Shown here piece by piece: positions 9,200-18,881 of a DNA stretch of 64,000 bases. Numbering within the stretch: the stretch's first letter is position 1; each line of letters opens with the position of its first letter. The stretch is from positions 26-64,025 of the forward strand of contig JAGARQ010000016.1 in the NCBI GenBank assembly GCA_017622175.1. The letters are read 5' to 3'. This stretch comes from Bacilli bacterium (GTDB taxonomy: Bacteria; Bacillota_I; Bacilli_A; RF39; UBA660). Below the pieces are notes generated by a model. The model was not told the DNA's origin and made no database searches. It saw nothing but the letters and a program-made list of their open reading frames with translations. Both the position numbers and the translations under genes were made by a program.

Positions 9200-10015
9200 C
9201 TAACCTCCTATTAATCTGGAAAATAAACAATCCAACCATAACTTATAATTAACATTAAAATCTAATTTTTGTATTTCTTCTTCAATAATTAAAATATAAT
9301 TTGTTAAATCATTAATACTTGTATTTTTTAATAGATTAATAACTCTTTCATCACAAAATGAATTTCTATTTGAAACATAATTCAAATATTTTAAAATAAT
9401 TTTCTCAATTTCTCCAAGAATTTCTTTCGCAATATTTTTATCCACAAGTATATTGTCCATAATGTGTTGATGATAAACAAATAAATCATCCTTTTTTACA
9501 ATGAACTTTAACATATCAAGTGTATTATCTGATAAAGTAATATTATAAGAATCATCTTTTAAAGAAATTATCTGACATCTAGATAAAATTGTTTCTATAA
9601 TTTTATATCTATTGGTAGTTAATAAAATTGCAATAATATCTTCTTCTGGTTCTTCTAAAAACTTCAAAATGGTATTTCCTGACGAATCATTTAATTTATC
9701 AGCTTCTTTTATAACATAAATCATTTTATTATTTAAAAAAGATTTATTTTTAAATTGTTCTTGTAATGCAATTAATTGAGCCTTTTTTATAACACTTCCA
9801 TCAGGCTCAACAATCTTTAAATCAGGATAATTACCACTATCAATCAATAAATTTGCAGATTCATCATTAATAATCAACTTAATAAAATCAATTACACAAT
9901 TAAAATCATTATCATAATTATCCAATTCTATTAAATAAGCATGAGAAATTTTATTAAATCTAACTATATTATTAATAAGCTCATAAAAATTTTTTTTAGG
10001 TGTAGTTAACTCCAT
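9200..10015 (-). CDS. holB: DNA polymerase III subunit delta'
   Basis: ISHAYLI, LKFLEEP and SRCQ motifs of clamp-loader delta'. Synteny with yaaT supports the call. Confidence 0.8.
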   Translation of the reverse strand: MELTTPKKNFYELINNIVRFNKISHAYLIELDNYDNDFNCVIDFIKLIINDESANLLIDSGNYPDLKIVEPDGSVIKKAQLIALQEQFKNKSFLNNKMIYVIKEADKLNDSSGNTILKFLEEPEEDIIAILLTTNRYKIIETILSRCQIISLKDDSYNITLSDNTLDMLKFIVKKDDLFVYHQHIMDNILVDKNIAKEILGEIEKIILKYLNYVSNRNSFCDERVINLLKNTSINDLTNYILIIEEEIQKLDFNVNYKLWLDCLFSRLIGG

Positions 10016-10027
10016 AAAATCACCTCA

Positions 10028-10210
10028 CTATAACAAAATCTTAAAAATAATTAATCCTATTAATGAAGGCACTCCCAAAATAGAAATAATTATAATATTA
10101 AAAATATTAATAGGAACAACTAAATTAAAGTTAACAGCTATTAAATTATAACCATATAATAAAAACGAACTAAAAATAATTTTTTTAATAAATCTAATAA
10201 TAAATTGCAT
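10028..10210 (-). CDS. bofA: BofA-family small membrane protein (pro-sigma-K processing inhibitor-like)
   Basis: VVPINIFNIIIISILGVPSLIGLIIFKILL resembles the B. subtilis BofA C-terminus (HVPINLVTTAISGILGIPGIAALVVIK, from memory). It lies downstream of recR, as in Bacillus. Confidence 0.65.
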   Translation of the reverse strand: MQFIIRFIKKIIFSSFLLYGYNLIAVNFNLVVPINIFNIIIISILGVPSLIGLIIFKILL

Positions 10211-10250
10211 ATAATCATCTCCTATTAAGAGATATGAGAAATAATTATAT

Positions 10251-10853
10251 TTATTCTATTTCTTTTCTATCATTTAAAGCGCGTTCTAAAGTTAAACTAT
10301 CAACATATTCCATATCCGCACCTATCGGTACCCCACTAGCTAAACGGGTAGTTTTAACATCTAATCCATCTAATATTCTTTTAATATATAAAGATGTAGT
10401 TTCTCCTTCAATACTTGGTTTAAAAGCAAAAATTATTTCCTTAAAATTTTCTTTAGAAATTCTATCAAGTAATCTATCTAAACCAATATCTTCTGGATTA
10501 ATTCCATCTAATGGTGAAATCAATCCGTCTAAAACGTGATATTTACCATGAAACATCCCTAATTTTTCAAATAAGAAAACATTTTTAGTATCTTCCACTA
10601 CACATAATAAATCGCAAGTTCTAGAATCATCAGAGCAAATATAACACCTATCATTTTCTGTTAGAGTATTACATATTTCACACTTATGAATATTATTTTT
10701 TACATCTTTCAAACTGTCTGAAAAAAATTCTACTTGCTCATCTTCTAATTCTAAAACAGAAAAAGCCAGTCTCTCGGCTGTCTTCTCACCGATTCCTGGT
10801 AAAAATTTAAATGATTCAATTAAACTTTTAATACTATCAGGATACATAATCAA
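10251..10853 (-). CDS. recR: recombination protein RecR
   Basis: LPGIGEKTAERLAF helix-hairpin-helix, a C4 zinc finger (CEICNTL...CYICS) and a Toprim domain. Confidence 0.95.
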   Translation of the reverse strand: MIMYPDSIKSLIESFKFLPGIGEKTAERLAFSVLELEDEQVEFFSDSLKDVKNNIHKCEICNTLTENDRCYICSDDSRTCDLLCVVEDTKNVFLFEKLGMFHGKYHVLDGLISPLDGINPEDIGLDRLLDRISKENFKEIIFAFKPSIEGETTSLYIKRILDGLDVKTTRLASGVPIGADMEYVDSLTLERALNDRKEIE

Positions 10854-10856
10854 ATC

Positions 10857-11153
10857 CTAGAATAAACCTGGAATATTTCCAAATTTACCCATTTTCTTAT
10901 CTAATGTTTCATCAACTTTATCATTAGCTTGATTAATAGCTACCATAATCATATCTTGTAGCATTTCAATATCATCTGCATCTAAACCATCTTTGGCATC
11001 GATTTCAACTTTAACTACTTCTTTAGTTCCTTTAACTGTAACTTTTACTAAAGAACTTTCCCCTGTAAATTCAGTATTATCAACTTCATCTTTTACCTTT
11101 AACATATCTTTTTGTAAAGCTTGCGCTTGCTTCATCATTGCTTGTATATTCAT
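10857..11153 (-). CDS. YbaB/EbfC family nucleoid-associated protein
   Basis: 98 aa starting MNIQAMMKQAQALQKDM and ending PGLF. It sits between dnaX and recR, the conserved position. Confidence 0.9.
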   Translation of the reverse strand: MNIQAMMKQAQALQKDMLKVKDEVDNTEFTGESSLVKVTVKGTKEVVKVEIDAKDGLDADDIEMLQDMIMVAINQANDKVDETLDKKMGKFGNIPGLF

Positions 11154-11170
11154 ATAAATTCTCCTTTTAA

Positions 11171-12958
11171 TTAATTAATTTCAACAATGTCACCAAAAAG
11201 TTCCACTGCACTACTTTTTATTATATCATTTTTTACTTCTTCTTCATATATTTCTTCAGGTTCTTCCATTAAAACATATGAATTTCCATCTTTTAAACAC
11301 TTTATATAATTATTTTTTTCTTTATCCCACTCTTCATCAGTAATAATAGCAATACATTTATTAGAATTAGTAATTTTATTGTATACATACGTTATTTTAT
11401 CCAATTCCAGTAGATTTTGTTTAACACTAGAATCATATGCATAACTAATAATAATTGAATTATCACTTGCGGCTCTGATAGAACCATCTAATAAATTACA
11501 AACTAAATAACCAATTTCTTGATCAAAAGTAAAATCGTTTAATAACTTAAATTTCTCTAACTCCTCATTAAGAATTTTCTTATTAGCAAGAGCTAATGTA
11601 TTATTAACTCTGGCTTTCATTATATCATTAATATTCTTAACTAATTTAATTGAATTATCAACATTTGAAGAATCATCTGATAAACTCATACCAGAATTAA
11701 TATCAGAACCATAACTAACATCTAAAGAATTATATTCATCTTCATCATCAGAAAAATCTTTATCAAAGTCATATTCTTCGTCTTCTTCATTTTCTTCAAC
11801 GCTGTTATTAAAATTTTCTGATTCAACTTTAACAATAGTATTTTCCTTATTTAATTCTTCCCCAGTAAAATTATTTCCCACTTTATTATTATTAATTATT
11901 TCCTGGGAAATAATTTCATTATTAATATTGTCTTTTATATATTTTATTAATAACATTTCAATAAATATTTTAGGGTTACCACTTCTTTTTATATCGAACA
12001 TTTTTTCGTTAATAAGATTGATTAATAACAGCATATTTTCAATAGAATAATCAGATTTTGTGTTTTCCACATAGTAATTTACAACATTATTCCTTAAAAA
12101 ATGCATTAATTGAGTTAAAATTTGGATTAAATTTTTACCATCACTGTTAAATTTATTAATATATTCTAAAACTTTAGAAAGATTACCAGAAAAAATAGAA
12201 TCACAAACTGCAATAAGCATTTTTTTAGTAATCATACCATTTACTTCGGCAAAATCATCTAAAGTAATTTTTTCCTGAGTATATGAAATAAGTTTATCTA
12301 AAGCTCCTAAAGCATCACGCATACCACCATCAGATGAAATAGCAATTTCCTCAAGAACTTCTTCATCAATATCTATACTTTCACTCTTACAAACAGTCTT
12401 TAATCTGTCAACTATCATGTCATTTGAGATTCTTTTAAAAGAAAAACATTGACATCTAGAAATAATTGTTTCCGGAACCTTTTGAGGATCAGTAGTCGCT
12501 AATATAAAAATTGCATGTTCTGGTGGCTCTTCCAATGTTTTTAATAAAGCATTAAAAGCTCCAATAGATAACATATGAACTTCATCAATTATATAAACTT
12601 TATATTTTAATTCGGCCGGAACTAAAGAAATTTTATTTTTTAATTCTCTAATTTCATCAACTCCATTATTTGAAGCAGCATCTATTTCAATAATATCTAC
12701 GCATTCCTTCTCAAATGAGTGAATACACGATTTACATTTTCCACAAGCATTTCCATCAACTGGTTCTAAACAGTTAATAGATCTAGCGAATATTTTAGAA
12801 GCTGTTGTTTTTCCAACACCACGTGGTCCAAAAAACATATAAGCATGACTAAATGACTTATTTTTTATAGAATTCTGAAGAGTTTTAACAATTGTATTTT
12901 GCCCAACAACACTTTCAAATCCTTGAGGTCTATATTTTCTATATAAAGCACGATACAT
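11171..12958 (-). CDS. dnaX: DNA polymerase III subunits gamma/tau
   Basis: GPRGVGKTT Walker A, DEVHML, a zinc module (CGKCKSC) and SRCQ. The C-terminal half contains an acidic low-complexity linker. Confidence 0.95.
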   Translation of the reverse strand: MYRALYRKYRPQGFESVVGQNTIVKTLQNSIKNKSFSHAYMFFGPRGVGKTTASKIFARSINCLEPVDGNACGKCKSCIHSFEKECVDIIEIDAASNNGVDEIRELKNKISLVPAELKYKVYIIDEVHMLSIGAFNALLKTLEEPPEHAIFILATTDPQKVPETIISRCQCFSFKRISNDMIVDRLKTVCKSESIDIDEEVLEEIAISSDGGMRDALGALDKLISYTQEKITLDDFAEVNGMITKKMLIAVCDSIFSGNLSKVLEYINKFNSDGKNLIQILTQLMHFLRNNVVNYYVENTKSDYSIENMLLLINLINEKMFDIKRSGNPKIFIEMLLIKYIKDNINNEIISQEIINNNKVGNNFTGEELNKENTIVKVESENFNNSVEENEEDEEYDFDKDFSDDEDEYNSLDVSYGSDINSGMSLSDDSSNVDNSIKLVKNINDIMKARVNNTLALANKKILNEELEKFKLLNDFTFDQEIGYLVCNLLDGSIRAASDNSIIISYAYDSSVKQNLLELDKITYVYNKITNSNKCIAIITDEEWDKEKNNYIKCLKDGNSYVLMEEPEEIYEEEVKNDIIKSSAVELFGDIVEIN

Positions 12959-13006
12959 AATGCACCTCCTAATCCCCTATATTATAACACAAAGAAAAAA
13001 ACATTA

Positions 13007-13456
13007 TTACTTTTTTCTTCTCAAACTAAAGAAATTTTGTAATAATGTTTCACTCTTTTCCGCAGATAAATTATTAACGAAGTTAACAGATGGATTCACC
13101 ATATCAGACTCAAAAATCTTACTTATAATAAATTTATTGTTTTTATCTTTATTTTCCAAAGCAGAATAAACATTTTTTATACGAGATTGTTTGATTGCAC
13201 TTGCACACATAGGGCAAGGCTCCAAAGTAACATAAATATCGCAATCATCCAATCTCCAATTTTTTAACTTTTTAGAAGCCTTTAAAATTGCTAAAATTTC
13301 AGCATGATTCACAGAACACATTGATTTTTCCTTAACATTATGTGATTTAGCAAGAATTTTACCATCCTTTACTATTACAGCACCAATTGGAACTTCTCCA
13401 AGTTTAAATGCTTTTTCAGCTTCTAAAAACGCTAAATCCATATATTTTAAATCCAT
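13007..13456 (-). CDS. tadA: tRNA-specific adenosine deaminase
   Basis: HAE...PCPMC deaminase zinc motifs. I chose the ATG at 13456, which has a GGAG RBS. The longer ORF-track N-terminus reads through the SRP RNA gene. Confidence 0.9.
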   Translation of the reverse strand: MDLKYMDLAFLEAEKAFKLGEVPIGAVIVKDGKILAKSHNVKEKSMCSVNHAEILAILKASKKLKNWRLDDCDIYVTLEPCPMCASAIKQSRIKNVYSALENKDKNNKFIISKIFESDMVNPSVNFVNNLSAEKSETLLQNFFSLRRKK

Positions 13457-13471
13457 AGATATCACTCCAAT

Positions 13472-13548
13472 AAAAAAGTGCACATGGAAGGAGGTCCTTA
13501 AGGCTGCTACCTTCCGATCCTGACCTGGTTCAAACACTTCCATTGCAC
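13472..13548 (-). ncRNA. ffs: signal recognition particle RNA, minimal 4.5S-type hairpin
   Basis: The reverse strand reads GTGCAATGGAAGTGTTTGAACCAGGTCAGGATCGGAAGGTAGCAGCCTTAAGGACCTCCTTCCATGTGCAC followed by T6. It contains the conserved domain IV core (CCAGGTCAGG..CGGAAGG.AGCAGCC, GGAA tetraloop). The 5' and 3' ends pair with each other. Confidence 0.8.
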
Positions 13549-13555
13549 GATATAT

Positions 13556-13584
13556 ATTTTAATATAAGATTAATTTTTTGTAAA
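13556..13584 (-). promoter_or_regulatory. putative sigma-A promoter of ffs
   Basis: Reverse strand reads TTTACA, a 17-nt spacer, TAAAAT, then 7 nt to the G that begins the SRP RNA helix. Confidence 0.45.
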
Positions 13585-13680
13585 TAGTTTTGAAAAAATC
13601 CACAAAATTGTTAATAAAATTATATAAAAAGCCACAAAAATGTGGATTTTCTTTTTTTAAAAATAATATTGCACAAAAGT

Positions 13681-13707
13681 TGTGGATAAAATGTTTCACG
13701 TGAAACA
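13681..13707 (+). promoter_or_regulatory. composite DnaA box (TGTGGATAA) plus perfect parS (TGTTTCACGTGAAACA), module 1
   Basis: DnaA box at 13681-13689, a 2-bp spacer, and parS at 13692-13707. The parS is an exact match to the consensus TGTTNCACGTGAAACA and is fully palindromic. Confidence 0.8.
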
Positions 13708-13908
13708 TTAACTCATAATTAATAAAAATACATTAAAATATAATAAATAATTTATAAAGAATATGTATATACAAAAAAATATCAAGTAAAAATTAGTTAT
13801 TTAAACATAATATATCAATTAGAATTAAAAAATGTATAAAAAAATGTTAATAAAAAAATGTTAATAAAAAAATTCAAAAAGATTAAAAAATAAATAATTA
13901 ACAAATTC

Positions 13909-13935
13909 TGTGGATAAAATGTTTCACGTGAAACA
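13909..13935 (+). promoter_or_regulatory. composite DnaA box (TGTGGATAA) plus perfect parS, module 2
   Basis: DnaA box at 13909-13917, a 2-bp spacer, and parS at 13920-13935. The 27-mer is identical to module 1. Confidence 0.8.
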
Positions 13936-14059
13936 TAAAATAACAATAAAAGAAAAAAAAGAATCTGGTACTGTTAGAAAAATAAAATATTAATCTAATA
14001 TAAAATTTTAAATCCACAAAAATTGTGAAAAGAATAATTTAGATTTGATAAACATATTT

Positions 14060-14086
14060 TGTGGATATAGTGTTTCACGTGAAACA
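14060..14086 (+). promoter_or_regulatory. composite DnaA box (TGTGGATAT) plus perfect parS, module 3
   Basis: DnaA box at 14060-14068, a 2-bp spacer, and parS at 14071-14086. Confidence 0.8.
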
Positions 14087-14294
14087 TAAAAAGCTCATAA
14101 AAACAGTTAAATAAAATCAAATGAAATAGACATAGATAAGCAATAAAAAAGATAAATCGCTTAAAATGCATGCTAGCGTCAAATTTGACACAAAATAAAC
14201 AATAATAGACTATTATTTAAACAAAATTAAATAAAAATTTGACATTTAATAGAATTTAGTATCTTTTTTACATAAAAAAATTATTTCCCAAAAT

Positions 14295-14310
14295 TATTTC
14301 CCGGGAAATA
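14295..14310. promoter_or_regulatory. Noc-binding site (NBS), perfect palindrome TATTTCCCGGGAAATA, flanked by half-sites
   Basis: Exact NBS core ATTTCCCGGGAAAT at 14296-14309. Half-sites ATTTCCCA (14283-14290) and TGGGAAAT (14328-14335) lie nearby. Confidence 0.6.
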
Positions 14311-14432
14311 ATTAAAAATATAACTGTTGGGAAATATTTGTTACAAAATAAGATTATTTCGATTTTGCACAAAATATTTTTTCCACAAGGCAATAATAAC
14401 ACTTTTTTTACATTTTATAGACAAAATAAAAA

Positions 14433-14457
14433 GGATAGTTTTACACTATCCTTTTTT
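14433..14457 (-). terminator. rho-independent (bidirectional-looking) terminator after gyrA
   Basis: GGATAGT-TTTAC-ACTATCC hairpin with T/A runs on both sides. It lies immediately after the gyrA stop codon. Confidence 0.7.
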
Positions 14458-14458
14458 A

Positions 14459-16933
14459 TTATTCACTAACTACAGCAGATTCAGAACTATCCGATTGGTT
14501 ATCTATTACATCAGATTCATCCTCTTTAGCTACAATAGCAACAGTAGATACAGTTTGATCATCTTTTAAATTAATTAATCTTACACCTTGAGTTGCACGT
14601 TTTAATGTAGATATTTGTTCACCAGGCATTTTCATAATTACTCCACTATTTGTAACAACAATTACATCATAATCATTACCTTCATCAACACATTTAAGTG
14701 CAGACATCATACCATTCTTTTCAGTAACATTAAATGCTCTAACACCTTTGCTACCTCTATGAGTAAGTCTATATTCATCAATTACAGTTTTCTTTCCATA
14801 ACCTTTTTCAGTAACAATTAGAATATATTGTCCAGAATTAACAACTTCAGCACCAACAACTGTTGCTCCTTCAAGTTCAATTCCTTTAACACCTGAACTA
14901 CTTCTTCCCATCGAACGAATCTCATTTTCATCAAATCTAACCATACGTCCGTTACTTGCACCAATTGCAATTTCATTTTTTCCACAAGTCTTTCTTACTG
15001 AAATTAACTCATCATCTTCCTTTAAAACAATTGCAATCTTACCACCTTTACGAATATTATCAAACTCACCTATTTCAGTACGTTTAACAATACCACCTTT
15101 AGTAGCAAACACTAAATATTTTGTAACGTCATCGTTAACATCTAATTCAACTATCGAACTAATGTTCTCCTCTTTTTCTAATGGTAATAAATTGATTATT
15201 GGTAAACCTTTAGATTGTCTAGAAAACTCAGGCACTTCATAACCTTTCATTCTATATACTCTTCCTCTATTAGAGAAGAATAATAAATAGTCATGCGTTT
15301 TCATCGAAATCATATGTTCTACAAAGTCTTCTTCATTTGTAGCCATACCTTTAACTCCGACTCCTCCTCTATTTTGAGTTCTATAAGTATCAGTTCTTAA
15401 TCTCTTAATATAACCATTCTTAGTTAAAGTAATAATAATATCTTCTTCTGGAATTAAAGACTCATCTTCAATATACTCAATTGCTGTCATATCAATATTT
15501 GTACGTCTTTCATCTCCATACTTATCTTTTATTTCTAATAATTCATTTTTAATTACTTCTAATATCTTCGCATCACTAGCTAAAATGGCACGTAACTCGT
15601 CAATTAACTTTAATAAGTCATTTAGTTCATTTTCAATCTTTTCACGTTCTAAGCCCGTTAAACGACGTAATTTCATTTCTAAAATTGCATTAGCTTGAAC
15701 TTCACTTAACTTAAAGTTATTCATTAAGCCATTTCTAGCTTCTTCATCTGATTTTGCAGCACGAATCAATTTAATAACAGCATCAATATTATCTAAGGCA
15801 ATTTTTAAACCTTCTAAAATATGAACTCTTTTCTCTGCTACATCTAAATCAAATCTTGTTCTTCTAATAATAACTTCTTTTTGATAATCAATATATTTAA
15901 CAATAATATCTTTTAATCCTAATGTTTTTGGAACACCTTGATCCAACATTAAGAAGATAATACCATAAGTAGTTTGGAATGAAGTATGCTTATATAACTT
16001 ATTTAAAACAACTTGAGCATTAGCATCTTTCTTTAATGTAATAGTAATCTTAATACCATCTTTTAAATCAGAATGGTAGTCAGCTATACCTTCAATTGTT
16101 TTATTATGAACAAGTTCTGCTACTTTATTTTTTAATTCTAAAGTATTAACTCCATAAGGAACTTCATCTATAATGATATATTGTTTTCCATTTTTTTCTT
16201 CAATAGTAGCTTTACTTCTAATAGTAATTGAACCTCTTCCTGTTTCATAAGCCTTTTTTATCCCACTATTTCCAAGAATAATTGCTCCTGTTGGAAAATC
16301 AGGTCCTTTAATATATTTCATTAATCCATCTACATCAATTTCAGGATTATCAATATAAGCAACACACCCATCAATAACTTCACATAAGTTATGAGGCGGA
16401 ATGTTAGTAGCCATACCAACAGCTATACCAGTAGTTCCGTTAACTAAAATATTTGGAAATCTTGATGGTAAAACAGCTGGTTCTCTTTCACTTTCATCAA
16501 AGTTTGGAGTAAAATCAACTGTATCTTTATTAATATTTTTAAGTAATTCTAAAGATATTTTTGATAAACGCGACTCAGTATAACGCATTGCCGCAGCACC
16601 ATAGCCTTCAATATTACCGAAGTTTCCATGGCCATCTACTAACATGTAACGATATGAGAAATCTTGAGCCATTCTTACCATAGCTTCATAAATTGAAGAA
16701 TCACCATGTGGGTGATATTTTCCCATAACGTCTCCAACGATTCTAGCACTCTTTTTATGAGGCTTATCAGGTGTATAACCAGATTCATACATAGAATATA
16801 AAATTCTTCTATGAACAGGTTTTAAACCATCTCTTAAATCAGGTAATGCACGAGCAACAATAACACTCATTGAATATTCTAAGAAAGAGTCTTGGACTTC
16901 TTTTACAATACTATTTTTTTCTAATCTATCCAT
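14459..16933 (-). CDS. gyrA: DNA gyrase subunit A
   Basis: 824 aa. [26 protein letters not shown], the active-site region AAMRYTE and C-terminal beta-pinwheel repeats. Confidence 0.97.
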   Translation of the reverse strand: MDRLEKNSIVKEVQDSFLEYSMSVIVARALPDLRDGLKPVHRRILYSMYESGYTPDKPHKKSARIVGDVMGKYHPHGDSSIYEAMVRMAQDFSYRYMLVDGHGNFGNIEGYGAAAMRYTESRLSKISLELLKNINKDTVDFTPNFDESEREPAVLPSRFPNILVNGTTGIAVGMATNIPPHNLCEVIDGCVAYIDNPEIDVDGLMKYIKGPDFPTGAIILGNSGIKKAYETGRGSITIRSKATIEEKNGKQYIIIDEVPYGVNTLELKNKVAELVHNKTIEGIADYHSDLKDGIKITITLKKDANAQVVLNKLYKHTSFQTTYGIIFLMLDQGVPKTLGLKDIIVKYIDYQKEVIIRRTRFDLDVAEKRVHILEGLKIALDNIDAVIKLIRAAKSDEEARNGLMNNFKLSEVQANAILEMKLRRLTGLEREKIENELNDLLKLIDELRAILASDAKILEVIKNELLEIKDKYGDERRTNIDMTAIEYIEDESLIPEEDIIITLTKNGYIKRLRTDTYRTQNRGGVGVKGMATNEEDFVEHMISMKTHDYLLFFSNRGRVYRMKGYEVPEFSRQSKGLPIINLLPLEKEENISSIVELDVNDDVTKYLVFATKGGIVKRTEIGEFDNIRKGGKIAIVLKEDDELISVRKTCGKNEIAIGASNGRMVRFDENEIRSMGRSSSGVKGIELEGATVVGAEVVNSGQYILIVTEKGYGKKTVIDEYRLTHRGSKGVRAFNVTEKNGMMSALKCVDEGNDYDVIVVTNSGVIMKMPGEQISTLKRATQGVRLINLKDDQTVSTVAIVAKEDESDVIDNQSDSSESAVVSE

Positions 16934-16944
16934 TTAAAACCCTC

Positions 16945-18876
<1,932 letters not shown>

Positions 18877-18881
18877 CTAAC

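Larger units (their letters stand above)
13596..14387. other. extra-oriC DnaA-box cluster in a 0.9-kb non-coding spacer
   Basis: Sites matching or close to TTATCCACA/TGTGGATAA are at 13596, 13628, 13641, 13667, 13681, 13909, 14010, 14024, 14060, 14364 and 14379. No plausible ORF is present. Confidence 0.7.

Noticed and set aside
10234-10539. 101-aa plus-strand ORF overlapping recR
   Set aside because: It is antisense to recR, with no RBS and no recognisable motifs.
13457-13543. N-terminal extension of the tadA ORF (MEVFEPGQDRKVAALRTSFHVHFFIGVIS...)
   Set aside because: This stretch is the SRP RNA gene read as protein. The real tadA start is the ATG at 13456, which has a GGAG RBS.
13681-14086. 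The three 29-bp repeats as a possible CRISPR array or MITE
   Set aside because: There are only three copies, with irregular spacing (228 and 151 bp) and no cas genes. The repeat core consists of two known protein-binding motifs, and the flanks are not conserved.
13561-14458. The possibility that the spacer is the true oriC, or that it hides an rRNA or large ncRNA gene
   Set aside because: Coding-strand polarity switches at dnaA/rpmH, where a seven-box array exists. The spacer is almost pure A/T outside the motifs and has no rRNA, RNase P, tmRNA or 6S signatures that I could see. A second origin cannot be excluded from sequence alone.
14327-14569. 80-aa plus-strand ORF spanning the gyrA terminator and the gyrA 3' end
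   Set aside because: It overlaps gyrA in antisense and crosses a terminator hairpin. Its composition is implausible for a real protein.
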